Shown: positions 38,154 to 46,106 of the stretch, one piece after another
Layout: each line of letters opens with the position of its first letter
Position numbering within the stretch: position 1 is the stretch's first letter
Virus record (IMG/VR): IMGVR_UViG_3300037067_012088
Location: 64,001 to 128,000 of that record
DNA length: 64,000 nt
DNA from: a virus
Taxonomy: Duplodnaviria; Caudoviricetes
Direction: 5' to 3' (one strand)
Notes under the pieces: generated by a model
The model's database searches: none
Seen by the model: only the letters and a program-made list of their open reading frames with translations
What the model was told of the DNA's origin: nothing
Translations under genes and position numbers: made by a program

Positions 38154-39191
38154 TTACGAAAGCGCGAGAACCGTCTTGCCCCGGGCAAGTGTCGCCTCAA
38201 TCGCCTTGTCGTCGCGGATAAGGTCCCAAGCACCGGCCTTGGCGGTCTGCCCGCTGCCGAATTCGCTGGAAACGAACTGGCGCATACGGTCGTCACCCCC
38301 CGCGTTTTCATGGCTGTAATAGTCAGTCGCCGCACTGAACCAATCGGCGCGGTTTTGACCCTCGTTACCGGCGCCCCGGACAAACAGCTCGGTCAGGCGA
38401 TTAACCTGATTGGCGCGGCGCGTTGACATGGGCTCCTTAACCTCGGTGCGCGCGGTCAGGAAACCGGCAAAGAGGGCATTGGCGTCGTCAATCTTGATGG
38501 GTGCGGCAGCCAGCTTGTCCATTTCCAGCTTGAACAGGGCTTGCGCGCCGTGAAACCCGTCAACGATTTCGGGCACGTTTTCCAGCCGTTCCATGACGTT
38601 TTTGGTATGCTTCATGACGACGCGAACGGCCTTGGCGGACTCACTGGCGGACTGGGCAGCCTTCATGCCGGAGCGTTGGGATAAGGAAGACAGGTTCATG
38701 CCAAACGTGTTATTGCAGACTGTGCAAATGTTGCTCGTGTTGACCGCGAACGGCGCGGACATGTCATGTGAGCTGAGAAAATTAAGGTAGGGCACGAAGG
38801 ACCGCCCGGCAGCCTTAAACTCGGCCAGCTCCTCCAGCTTGACGGAAACGAAGATGCGGGAACGACCGCAAACGCTGCCAACACTGGCAACCTTGGCGCC
38901 CGGGATTTCGCGGATAGCCGTATTGATGATACGCAGGAAATCGGCGTTCGTGACCAGCCCGTAAGACTCGCAATGCACCGGGGCACCAATGCGGATTTTC
39001 GGGTCATCCGTGCAAGTGATACGGCAGTATTCCGAAGCGGAGCCGTCACCCTCCAGCATGGGAACCTTGGACACGTCCCATTGGGCGAGCCATGAAGACA
39101 GGAGTTCAATCAGGGGTTTGACGACGGTGAGCTTGTGCCAGCCCATTTCAATACCCTCTTGGCGGTCGATGTTGGTGATTTCGTGTGACAT
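38154..39191 (-). CDS. DUF932-family protein
   Basis: GWHKL..Y.LVTN..SSHD..CTVCNNT..KHT..DYYSH pattern. Confidence 0.85.
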   Translation of the reverse strand: MSHEITNIDRQEGIEMGWHKLTVVKPLIELLSSWLAQWDVSKVPMLEGDGSASEYCRITCTDDPKIRIGAPVHCESYGLVTNADFLRIINTAIREIPGAKVASVGSVCGRSRIFVSVKLEELAEFKAAGRSFVPYLNFLSSHDMSAPFAVNTSNICTVCNNTFGMNLSSLSQRSGMKAAQSASESAKAVRVVMKHTKNVMERLENVPEIVDGFHGAQALFKLEMDKLAAAPIKIDDANALFAGFLTARTEVKEPMSTRRANQVNRLTELFVRGAGNEGQNRADWFSAATDYYSHENAGGDDRMRQFVSSEFGSGQTAKAGAWDLIRDDKAIEATLARGKTVLALS

Positions 39192-39297
39192 GAGATAAAG
39201 TCAGGTTGGGCGGAATTGCTTTGGCTGACTGGGGAAAGAATAGGCTAGATAGGATTAGAGTAAAGGAAATAAACTCGGTAGGATGAAGATATATGTA

Positions 39298-39341
39298 AAA
39301 AGAGCCGGTCCCGAAGGGCCGGCCCAGAGCGGAGCGGAACT
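39298..39341 (-). terminator. intrinsic terminator, repeat copy 2
   Basis: GCCGGCCC-TTCG-GGACCGGC then T-rich tail; shared flank with 38101 copy. Confidence 0.75.
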
Positions 39342-39356
39342 AAATTGGCCTAATCG

Positions 39357-39488
39357 TTAGCCAAAATAACCTAGCAAAACCGCCACCCCTAGCGCGACTA
39401 GGGCAAGCGGGATGGAAGCCAAGCAGAGGCAGACTAGGCACAGGGCGAATAGGTCTTTAGCGCGAACCATAAGGCTAGGCGGTCTCAT
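39357..39488 (-). CDS. 43 aa membrane peptide
   Basis: MRPPSLMVRAKDLFALCLVCLCLASIPLALVALGVAVLLGYFG. Confidence 0.4.
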   Translation of the reverse strand: MRPPSLMVRAKDLFALCLVCLCLASIPLALVALGVAVLLGYFG

Positions 39489-39606
39489 GGCGTGCGCGTG
39501 AATAGGCCACATAGGCGGGTAAGCCCTTGGCGCGGCCGGCCTTGTAGATGCAGCGGAGACGGTAGAACCGGAGACCGCGAGAAGAGAAGGAACGATGCAT
39601 AGTCAT
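39475..39606 (-). CDS. 43 aa Arg/Tyr-rich peptide B
   Basis: MTMHRSFSSRGLRFYRLRCIYKAGRAKGLPAYVAYSRARHETA. Confidence 0.55.
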   Translation of the reverse strand: MTMHRSFSSRGLRFYRLRCIYKAGRAKGLPAYVAYSRARHETA

Positions 39607-39610
39607 GGGA

Positions 39611-39805
39611 TTAGGGGGTGTGGGTGGCGCGAGCTTTGGCAGCGCAATTCTGGACGCTACTGATTGAGACCGTATGACCTTGGGCCATGGCTGACACTAT
39701 GCTGTCAAACTGCTTGGCAGCGTTGGCAAGGGCGGCCTCAAGCAGCTTTTCCCGTAGTGCGTAGGCGCCGAGTTCGGCTTTCATTTGCTGGATATTGGCG
39801 GTCAT
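39611..39805 (-). CDS. hypothetical protein
   Basis: Start placed at MTANIQQ. Confidence 0.55.
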   Translation of the reverse strand: MTANIQQMKAELGAYALREKLLEAALANAAKQFDSIVSAMAQGHTVSISSVQNCAAKARATHTP

Positions 39806-39806
39806 G

Positions 39807-39959
39807 TTAGGCGCGGTTAAGGTGGAGTTTCGGGCAGGTGCGGCGCAAGACCCGGCGGGCTTGGTGCGGCGACATGTGGGCGGCGGCGAGACGTGAAAGC
39901 ACACGATTAACGCGGCCGGCAACATTGGCGATGAAGGACAGGCGGTCAGTTTTGGACAT
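39807..39959 (-). CDS. 50 aa basic peptide
   Basis: MSKTDRLSFIANVAGRVNRVLSRL..; abuts next start. Confidence 0.5.
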   Translation of the reverse strand: MSKTDRLSFIANVAGRVNRVLSRLAAAHMSPHQARRVLRRTCPKLHLNRA

Positions 39960-40001
39960 GGTGGGCGGGAGTTGAGGTTAGCGGGTTGGACGGGAAAAGG
40001 A

Positions 40002-40352
40002 TCACTCAAGCCCCCAGCACTCGCGGGAGGCAGGGGACAAGCCCCGGTGATAGGAGGGACGGGCACGCTCCCGGGCTTCGTCGTCTTCAATGGCGGCGAG
40101 CGCGGCCTTGCTCAGGGTGGCGGGGACAATATCGAATTGGGACAGGGGCACCCAATGCGGCGCACAGGGGGAGCGCTCAAGCCGGACGAACACCTCGCCG
40201 GCTTTCGGCCCGCTCAGGACGGTATAGAGCCCGTCATAGGTGCAATCGTTGCCGTTGCTAAGGGAGTGAAGGGTGCGGCCCTTGAGAGAGCCGAATTTGT
40301 GTTCGTCGTGCTGAACAGCGGGAGCGTATGAGTAATAGGTGGGAGAATTCAT
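40002..40352 (-). CDS. hypothetical early protein
   Basis: 116 aa. Confidence 0.6.
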   Translation of the reverse strand: MNSPTYYSYAPAVQHDEHKFGSLKGRTLHSLSNGNDCTYDGLYTVLSGPKAGEVFVRLERSPCAPHWVPLSQFDIVPATLSKAALAAIEDDEARERARPSYHRGLSPASRECWGLE

Positions 40353-40410
40353 GGGAAGAGTTGAGTTACTTTGAACACCGCCAATCTACAGCATGGCGCG
40401 AGTCTTGTCT

Positions 40411-40428
40411 GTAGGGTCGATCCCCTAT
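40411..40428. promoter_or_regulatory. TAGGG-N6-CCCTA palindromic box
   Basis: GTAGGGTCGATCCCCTAT. Confidence 0.7.
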
Positions 40429-40492
40429 TTTCGCTAGGGTGCTTCTCTCCCCTTCGCGCCGCTCCGGGGTGCGGCTCTGCCGCAGATTCTTA

Positions 40493-40518
40493 GGTAAACC
40501 CCTCTAGCTGCGGTGTAT
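40493..40518 (+). promoter_or_regulatory. late promoter facing non-coding DNA
   Basis: Consensus GGTAAAC-N11-CGGTGTAT on plus strand. Confidence 0.75.
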
Positions 40519-40524
40519 CAGTTA

Positions 40525-40850
40525 CCTGTTAGACTTCTTTCCACTAGGCGCGCACTCCTTAACTGGGTTTATCCCGGTCCCTCGTGTAACCCTTACTGAG
40601 TCAGTAGACTAACAGCGCACCGTGAATCGGTTCACCATTCAACTCTCAGGCCACGAGATTAAACGGCATGTCTAGACAGGACTGAAACAGGTCAAACCGC
40701 GCACCGGGTTTAGGGTGTAACGTAGCTCTTTGAGGTAGTCCATTCGTGACTATCACCCATGAGACCGCAAGACAGGCTAAGGCCGCTTGCGGCTTTGTCG
40801 CGTCTGTTTCGCGGGCCAAACGGCAGTCAGTCCCCTACAGCTAAAAGGTT
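40525..40850 (+). ncRNA. putative structured late ncRNA 1
   Basis: No ORF; nested helices whose mismatches read as G-U on the plus strand. Confidence 0.55.
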
Positions 40851-40894
40851 AGTATCCCGTAGGCAAGACGCAAGCTTAATCGGTGTAAAGAAAT

Positions 40895-41095
40895 CGTAAA
40901 GGATTCGTAAACGTAAATGTAAAGACCGCCGTGGCCGGAACCATGGGTAAGGAGATAGCGGGAAACGAGTAGGCTTGCATAAGAGCCTAGTCCAAGGGCA
41001 CTTAGGTAAACGGCCTTTGCGCGCAATCGGGGCGCCTAGTCAGTCTTTACGTTTACATTCAGCTCTAGGGAAACGACCCTAGCAGATTTACGCGA
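40895..41095 (+). ncRNA. putative structured ncRNA 2 (or 3' domain of ncRNA 1)
   Basis: 14 bp helix 40913-40926/41043-41056 enclosing hairpins; late-promoter variant at 40862-40888. Confidence 0.45.
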
Positions 41096-41492
41096 GCTTG
41101 GCATCCATTCGCGCGGTTGAGAATAGGTCTCATTATCACTCGCGAACGCGCCAAAAACGGCGCCTTTTCCCAGCACTAACATATTGAGGGAGTATAGGCA
41201 AAGAGTCAACACCTTTCCTCTAGGGTCCATTACCTAGGCGCGCCTAGGGTGTTTTGCCTACCTGACACTAGGGGATCAAAGATGCCCGTTTCGCGCGAAT
41301 TTTGCGCACTTGGCACGATTCCTTTTCGCTTATACGGGCATATCTAGCAAGGGTCTAGGCCACCATAGCCGGCCGCCCAGCCTTTCGCGTAACACGTTGC
41401 ACGGTAACGGAATACCCGTTTGCGGGTTTTGCGGTCGCGGGCCACCTAGTCAATCTTGTCGTTTACAATCCAGCATAGGGGAAACACCCTAG
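41065..41492. promoter_or_regulatory. cluster of four TAGGG-N6-CCCTA boxes
   Basis: 41065-41082, 41220-41237, 41244-41261, 41475-41492. Confidence 0.7.
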
Positions 41493-41660
41493 AGGAAACT
41501 GGCAGAGCTGGCATGAGGAGTGCGCGGCAAAGTGGAGCCAAAGTAGTTAGGTGCCTAATCATATTGGTGCGGGCAGGTGCGTAGGCGAGTGGTGAACTGT
41601 ATGAGTGGAGGTAGGACGGTAGTTAGGAGCCTAACTATTTAGTAGCGTCTCACTCATAGA

Positions 41661-41811
41661 CCACCCCTTTCCCCTCCTCCCTCACCCCTCTTTTTTACAC
41701 TCTCCCTTTATCTCTCTCCCTTGTATCCCCTTACGTTATCCTTACCCGGTTCTCTCTGTTCTCTCCTCCCTACTCCTTTCCCCTATCTGTTCTCCCTTTA
41801 CTCTGTTCTCT
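41661..41811. repeat. polypyrimidine/polypurine tract
   Basis: About 150 nt nearly G-free on plus strand; repeated CTGTTCTC. Confidence 0.8.
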
Positions 41812-41960
41812 AGGTGTCTAGGTAACGGGCTGGCAGGCCAGCCGGCCACCTAAGCCCCTAATCCCCCTATTTAGGTCACTGATTAGGTTAGGCTATCTCA
41901 AACCCTAGCGCTGCCCTGTTTGGCGCGGTTTACCCTGTTACTTAGACCAAAGGAAACGAG

Positions 41961-42173
41961 CTAGCCGGCCTTCCGTATCTTGGCCGCGCATTTCGGGCAC
42001 TCCGGCACCGTCTCACTTGCTAGCGATTCATCTAGACAGAGAAAATCAACCCGGCACCCACAAAGGGTCTTGCCAGTCTCTAGGTTGACCGCGTGATCCT
42101 GAAAGGCCACCTTTCCGCGCGCTTCCATATACTCGGCGCCCTTGCCTCCCATGGGATAGGTTTTCCATTTCAT
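41961..42173 (-). CDS. small zinc-binding protein
   Basis: H..TLCG..CPKC; TTGACA-N16-TAGGCT at 42181-42208. Confidence 0.65.
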   Translation of the reverse strand: MKWKTYPMGGKGAEYMEARGKVAFQDHAVNLETGKTLCGCRVDFLCLDESLASETVPECPKCAAKIRKAG

Positions 42174-42212
42174 GCGCGAAAGCCTACCCTTTGCGCCGTG
42201 CCTGTCAAGCGT

Positions 42213-42593
42213 TTAGCTCCGATAAGACATGACGCAAGAGGCATCACAAAAGGCGCGTCCGCTGGGGACGTATTCGCCTACGCTCCGGCCGCACCATTTG
42301 CACTCACTGGGGCGGGCACGCTCACAAAGCTTGCGTTGGGTCCGGTCAAACGTGGCCGGGGTATCCTGTTTGACCACCAAACCGCCCCGGCGGTTAATCT
42401 CGTTTTGACAGTAGCCAGAAAAGGCGCGCAACACGTCATAGCCGTTTCCGCCATCCCATGCGCTCGTAAAGGTCTCCCGGTAATGCGTGCTAAGGGGTTG
42501 CGAGCGAACTACGCGCAAGACTTTAACCACTTGACCGGCCGAAATGACGCGGCCAGAGGCAAGACGATGAAAGGGGAGGATGTTGGGGAGCAT
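42213..42593 (-). CDS. hypothetical protein with C-terminal zinc finger
   Basis: CKWCG..FCDASC. Confidence 0.6.
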   Translation of the reverse strand: MLPNILPFHRLASGRVISAGQVVKVLRVVRSQPLSTHYRETFTSAWDGGNGYDVLRAFSGYCQNEINRRGGLVVKQDTPATFDRTQRKLCERARPSECKWCGRSVGEYVPSGRAFCDASCVMSYRS

Positions 42594-42649
42594 GGTAGGG
42601 AGGTTAGTTTGATTGAACAGTGCCAAGCCTAACCGGCTCGCAAGTCATG

Positions 42650-42973
42650 TCAAGCCCCTTTCGGCCTGAATCGCTCTGCCCATTCCGCCAAATGCGGCAG
42701 CTCGGGCGCAATCTCTGCCAGCCGTGACAGATAGTAAAACGGTTCATCGGAATAGGTATCTATTCCCCCTATCCACAGATGCGAGTTGCCCGCGTGCTTT
42801 AACCAGCGCTCCGTGACCTTGGCGCGCGGGTTATGGGTCCGGTCATATAAGCGCCAATCCTGCCGGGGCATTTCGACTATTGCGAGCCGTTCCGAAACGT
42901 GCCGGGTTTGGCCTACGCGCAAGCCTAGCGTCTTGGCTAGTGCGGCGTTAAATGGGGCGGTTCTCGTTTCCAT
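42650..42973 (-). CDS. hypothetical early protein
   Basis: TTGACA-N16-TATGCT at 42981-43008, ATG 7 nt later. Confidence 0.65.
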   Translation of the reverse strand: METRTAPFNAALAKTLGLRVGQTRHVSERLAIVEMPRQDWRLYDRTHNPRAKVTERWLKHAGNSHLWIGGIDTYSDEPFYYLSRLAEIAPELPHLAEWAERFRPKGA

Positions 42974-43004
42974 GTCGCCAAGCATACCGGGGCGCCTAGC
43001 CGTG

Positions 43005-43211
43005 TCAAGCGCTCTTTTCAACCGCCGCCATTGCGGTTTCAGCCGTCGTAAACTCGCCTGATTGAACCCCTCCCGGAGAACGATGCACAAGCCAACAGTG
43101 CGCGACGGCAGACCGGAAGACTATTGCACCCAAAGCCTGATTCGCGTAGTGATAGGGGAACTCCGGACGATCCTTGTCCCTGATTCGTTTCCAGCCTTTG
43201 CGGGTTGTCAT
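43005..43211 (-). CDS. hypothetical protein
   Basis: 68 aa in array. Confidence 0.55.
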   Translation of the reverse strand: MTTRKGWKRIRDKDRPEFPYHYANQALGAIVFRSAVAHCWLVHRSPGGVQSGEFTTAETAMAAVEKSA

Positions 43212-43214
43212 GGG

Positions 43215-43394
43215 TTAAGCCTTCTTCGCCTGCTCGTTAAAGTAGTCCAGCGCGGCGCGCTTGGCGTCCCGCATGTTCCGGCATCCCCCGATTGAGTATT
43301 GCCCCAGATTCAGGCCATAGCAGGTGAAGACATAATAGCCGTTATCATTGCGGCCATGGGGAACGATGTCGGAGGGTTTGACGGTGGTTTTCAT
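43215..43394 (-). CDS. hypothetical protein
   Basis: TTGACC-N16-CATACT at 43404-43431. Confidence 0.6.
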   Translation of the reverse strand: MKTTVKPSDIVPHGRNDNGYYVFTCYGLNLGQYSIGGCRNMRDAKRAALDYFNEQAKKA

Positions 43395-43427
43395 CTGGGG
43401 CACAGTATGCAGAGAAGACGGGTTAGG

Positions 43428-43796
43428 TCAAGTCAGCAAATCACGTAAACGCGCAAGGTGTGGAAACTGGGTTTTGGGTTTCCGCTCACGGGATTTGCGT
43501 TTTGTCTTGACAGGCTCAGAGGCGTGCTTGACCGCTTCTACCGTATAATCCCCGTAATACTGGCTGTCTGGCTCATTTGGTTTGACCACCAACCCTTTCG
43601 CGCAAGCCGTCACGCTGTCCAGTCCAGTAAACTCCACCGCCTTGCGGTCACTGATTCGGTAGCCGTTTCCGCGCCAACGCTCTAGCACGTCATGTGCGTA
43701 ATGGGAATGAGCGCCTTTCACCCATTCGATTTCTTCGGCCTGTAGGTCGAAGCCTAGAGCCTCAAGCAGATTAGATACCTTTTCGCGGGGCGTCAT
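43428..43796 (-). CDS. hypothetical protein
   Basis: ATGA overlap. Confidence 0.6.
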   Translation of the reverse strand: MTPREKVSNLLEALGFDLQAEEIEWVKGAHSHYAHDVLERWRGNGYRISDRKAVEFTGLDSVTACAKGLVVKPNEPDSQYYGDYTVEAVKHASEPVKTKRKSRERKPKTQFPHLARLRDLLT

Positions 43797-44005
43797 GCGT
43801 CTTCACTCTCTAACACGGCAGCACGTTGCCGGGCGCGGTCAATCCGTTCGTTAAGCTCAATGAAGGTCTCCGAATTGTCCCATACCTTGACCTCGCGGAG
43901 CTTAGAGCTGCCCTGTGCGGCGCGGATTAGGCGCTGGCCTATCGCGTTTAGCTCGCGGCTTGACAGGGTGCCGGTGACTTGGACCGTGAAGCGTGCGCGG
44001 TTCAT
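43793..44005 (-). CDS. hypothetical protein
   Basis: ATGA overlap. Confidence 0.6.
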   Translation of the reverse strand: MNRARFTVQVTGTLSSRELNAIGQRLIRAAQGSSKLREVKVWDNSETFIELNERIDRARQRAAVLESEDA

Positions 44006-44415
44006 AGCGAACCCTTGGGTTCAAAAGTGAAGGCTGGCCGGTGGCGAGCGCGCGCCGTGTGAGCCTCTAGCATTTCGGCCCGTTCGCTCTCTGTGTGTTC
44101 GTCGGCGCGTTCGCGTTCTAGCTGCGCCTGCTCGGCTAGATCGGCAAGCCGGTTCTGCTCCTTTACATACGCGGCATGTTGGGGATGTTCGGCGTCCCAC
44201 TCGCAAAGGGCATCCGCGCCGGTCTTGTCACCGTCCGCAAAGACTGCCGCCTTCATGGTCTGAAAGGCCGCGTGTGTGGTTTCGCTGTGTTGGGCGAAGG
44301 TGTCCGAAAGCAGATAGCGAGCGCGCTCCTTGGCGTTGCGGATGCCTTCGCAATCGGCGCAACGGTCGATTTCCGTGCCGTCCCGAGCGTAGAGAATGGC
44401 GGTAAAGTATTTCAT
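44002..44415 (-). CDS. hypothetical protein
   Basis: TTGACA-N18-CATACT at 44424-44453. Confidence 0.65.
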   Translation of the reverse strand: MKYFTAILYARDGTEIDRCADCEGIRNAKERARYLLSDTFAQHSETTHAAFQTMKAAVFADGDKTGADALCEWDAEHPQHAAYVKEQNRLADLAEQAQLERERADEHTESERAEMLEAHTARARHRPAFTFEPKGSL

Positions 44416-44449
44416 CGGGGCACAGTATGGCAGAGAGGGCGAAGGCTTG

Positions 44450-44758
44450 TCAAGCGCCTTTGCTTGGGGTCACCTGCTCCTTACGCGCCTCATAGTCCGC
44501 CCGGGTGGCGCGCTTGCATATGGTGAGCCTGTAACCAATCCGGCGCAATTCGCGCGCAAGCTCCCGGTATTCGCTTGGCTTGGCAAGGCGCGTGCTCCTT
44601 ACCGTGCCGAACAAATCGGCGCTTGTGTGCTGGCCTAGATGGACATAGGCGGAACAGGTGCCCGGGTTGTAGGTGCCCGCCAAGGCGGGGAACAGCGCGA
44701 CGACTTCGCCAGACTTGGCGCGATCATGGCGGAAAATGACTTTGGTTGAGTTGGACAT
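44450..44758 (-). CDS. hypothetical protein
   Basis: VIFR..GEVVALFP..YVHLGQH..EY..L.REL..IGY small phage protein pattern. Confidence 0.7.
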   Translation of the reverse strand: MSNSTKVIFRHDRAKSGEVVALFPALAGTYNPGTCSAYVHLGQHTSADLFGTVRSTRLAKPSEYRELARELRRIGYRLTICKRATRADYEARKEQVTPSKGA

Positions 44759-44827
44759 AGGGAGGCGGGTTGATTGTTGAACGGCCCACACTCTAGCAGG
44801 CGCGCCGCCCGGGCCGAGCACAAAACG

Positions 44828-44845
44828 CTAGGGTCGATTACCTAG
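44828..44845. promoter_or_regulatory. TAGGG-N6-CCCTA box
   Basis: CTAGGGTCGATTACCTAG. Confidence 0.7.
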
Positions 44846-44884
44846 GCGTTTTCTGGGGGATCTCGCCTCTTGACAGGCAACCCA

Positions 44885-44914
44885 AAAACCCCGCGCGCCA
44901 GAGGCAACGCGGGG
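44885..44914 (-). terminator. intrinsic terminator
   Basis: CCCCGCG-loop-CGCGGGG-TTTTT. Confidence 0.65.
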
Positions 44915-44966
44915 CAATGGTGCGGCGGGTGATTCAGTCCGCGCGCGGGTGAGTTGGTCCTTTGGG

Positions 44967-45179
44967 TTAGATGGCTTGATTATGCGGGGTGAAATGTTCG
45001 CGCCGGTAGTTTTCGTCGGCCTCGCGCACGGCCTTGGCGTTCTGTTCGGTTTGCGTTCTCAACTCAGCCCGGCGCTTGGCTGAGAGATTCACAGTGGCCA
45101 TGCCTCCAATACTCTTGCGTTTCATGTAAGCTTCAAAAGCCGTGTCGGTCATGTTGGCCAGTTCGGAAATAGTCTTCAT
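44967..45179 (-). CDS. hypothetical protein
   Basis: 70 aa. Confidence 0.6.
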   Translation of the reverse strand: MKTISELANMTDTAFEAYMKRKSIGGMATVNLSAKRRAELRTQTEQNAKAVREADENYRREHFTPHNQAI

Positions 45180-45191
45180 GGTAATAAGGTA

Positions 45192-45497
45192 TCAGGGCAG
45201 GTTAGCCAAGTGGGGCATCGGCGGAAAGCGCGGGTCATGGATCGTGACAACCGGCGCGGGCGGCGCGTCGAGGGCTTCGCGGGCGATGCGGCCCGCGTCA
45301 CTCATGCGGAACACGTTGCCGCCGTCAAAGCGGACATAAAGCAAGCCCCGCTTGGCAAGGGCGGTCAAGCCGTTATTGGCCCCGATGGCATGGCGGTAGC
45401 CTTCGCAACGGGCTTCCCCAGCGCGAAACTCGACCCATTGCGGGCAGCGCTTGAGCAGGCGGGAGAGGTTGGCAGAGAGGGCGGGAGCGGTTGACAT
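45192..45497 (-). CDS. hypothetical protein, possible winged helix
   Basis: LTALAKRGLL..FRMSDAGR. Confidence 0.55.
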   Translation of the reverse strand: MSTAPALSANLSRLLKRCPQWVEFRAGEARCEGYRHAIGANNGLTALAKRGLLYVRFDGGNVFRMSDAGRIAREALDAPPAPVVTIHDPRFPPMPHLANLP

Positions 45498-45509
45498 GGT
45501 GGGAAAGGG

Positions 45510-45686
45510 TTACTCGGTGAAATCCATTTCGCCCACCTTGTTACCGTTGGAGTCCATCAGGCGGCGAAAGTGGGGGCCGTCGCGTTCGATATGCTTGGCG
45601 GCGTCGCGCAGGATGCGGGCGACTTCCGCGCCGGGGTCGTCGGTAAACGCGGCGTTGTCGGCTTTGATTGAGAGGATGATTTGCAT
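45510..45686 (-). CDS. hypothetical protein
   Basis: DNAAF..EVARILR..DSNGNKVG pattern. Confidence 0.7.
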   Translation of the reverse strand: MQIILSIKADNAAFTDDPGAEVARILRDAAKHIERDGPHFRRLMDSNGNKVGEMDFTE

Positions 45687-45770
45687 GGTGGCGGATCGTT
45701 GAGTGTTTGGCTTACTTGAACAAGGGAGAGAATGACAGGGAGCGCGGTGATTGCGAGAACAAAACGCGAG

Positions 45771-45788
45771 ATAGGGAATCAACCCTAG
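45771..45788. promoter_or_regulatory. TAGGG-N6-CCCTA box
   Basis: ATAGGGAATCAACCCTAG. Confidence 0.75.
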
Positions 45789-45985
45789 GACGCGCGGTTC
45801 TTGAGCTGATCTAGAAGGCTATCTAGCGAAGCATAACCGGATAGGCGCACGCCGAATCGATTCGCGCCCCAGCGCACGCCGTTTGCGGTTTGATAGCTGT
45901 TGACCCACCAACGGGCGGACCATGTGCCATGGTTTACAGTATGGGTGCTTTCCTTGAGGGGCACGAGTTGGCCGGGATAGTGCAT
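45785..45985 (-). CDS. hypothetical protein
   Basis: Stop codon lies inside the box. Confidence 0.55.
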   Translation of the reverse strand: MHYPGQLVPLKESTHTVNHGTWSARWWVNSYQTANGVRWGANRFGVRLSGYASLDSLLDQLKNRAS

Positions 45986-46063
45986 TGCGGGCGTTTGGTT
46001 TAGTTGGTTGACTTGAACACGGCCCAGCATGACGCACCGGGCGCGAATGTCGAGCGGATTTGA

Positions 46064-46106
46064 TGCAGGTTGATCCCCTAGAGCGGGCCTAGGGGTAACA
46101 CCTTAC
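46064..46106. promoter_or_regulatory. tandem TAGGG-N6-CCCTA boxes (one degenerate)
   Basis: TGCAGGTTGATCCCCTAG and CTAGGGGTAACACCTTAC. Confidence 0.6.

Noticed and set aside
40841-41492. Short ORFs 40841-41026, 41036-41230 and 41310-41492
   Set aside because: Atypical composition and overlap with hairpins and boxes; better explained as non-coding
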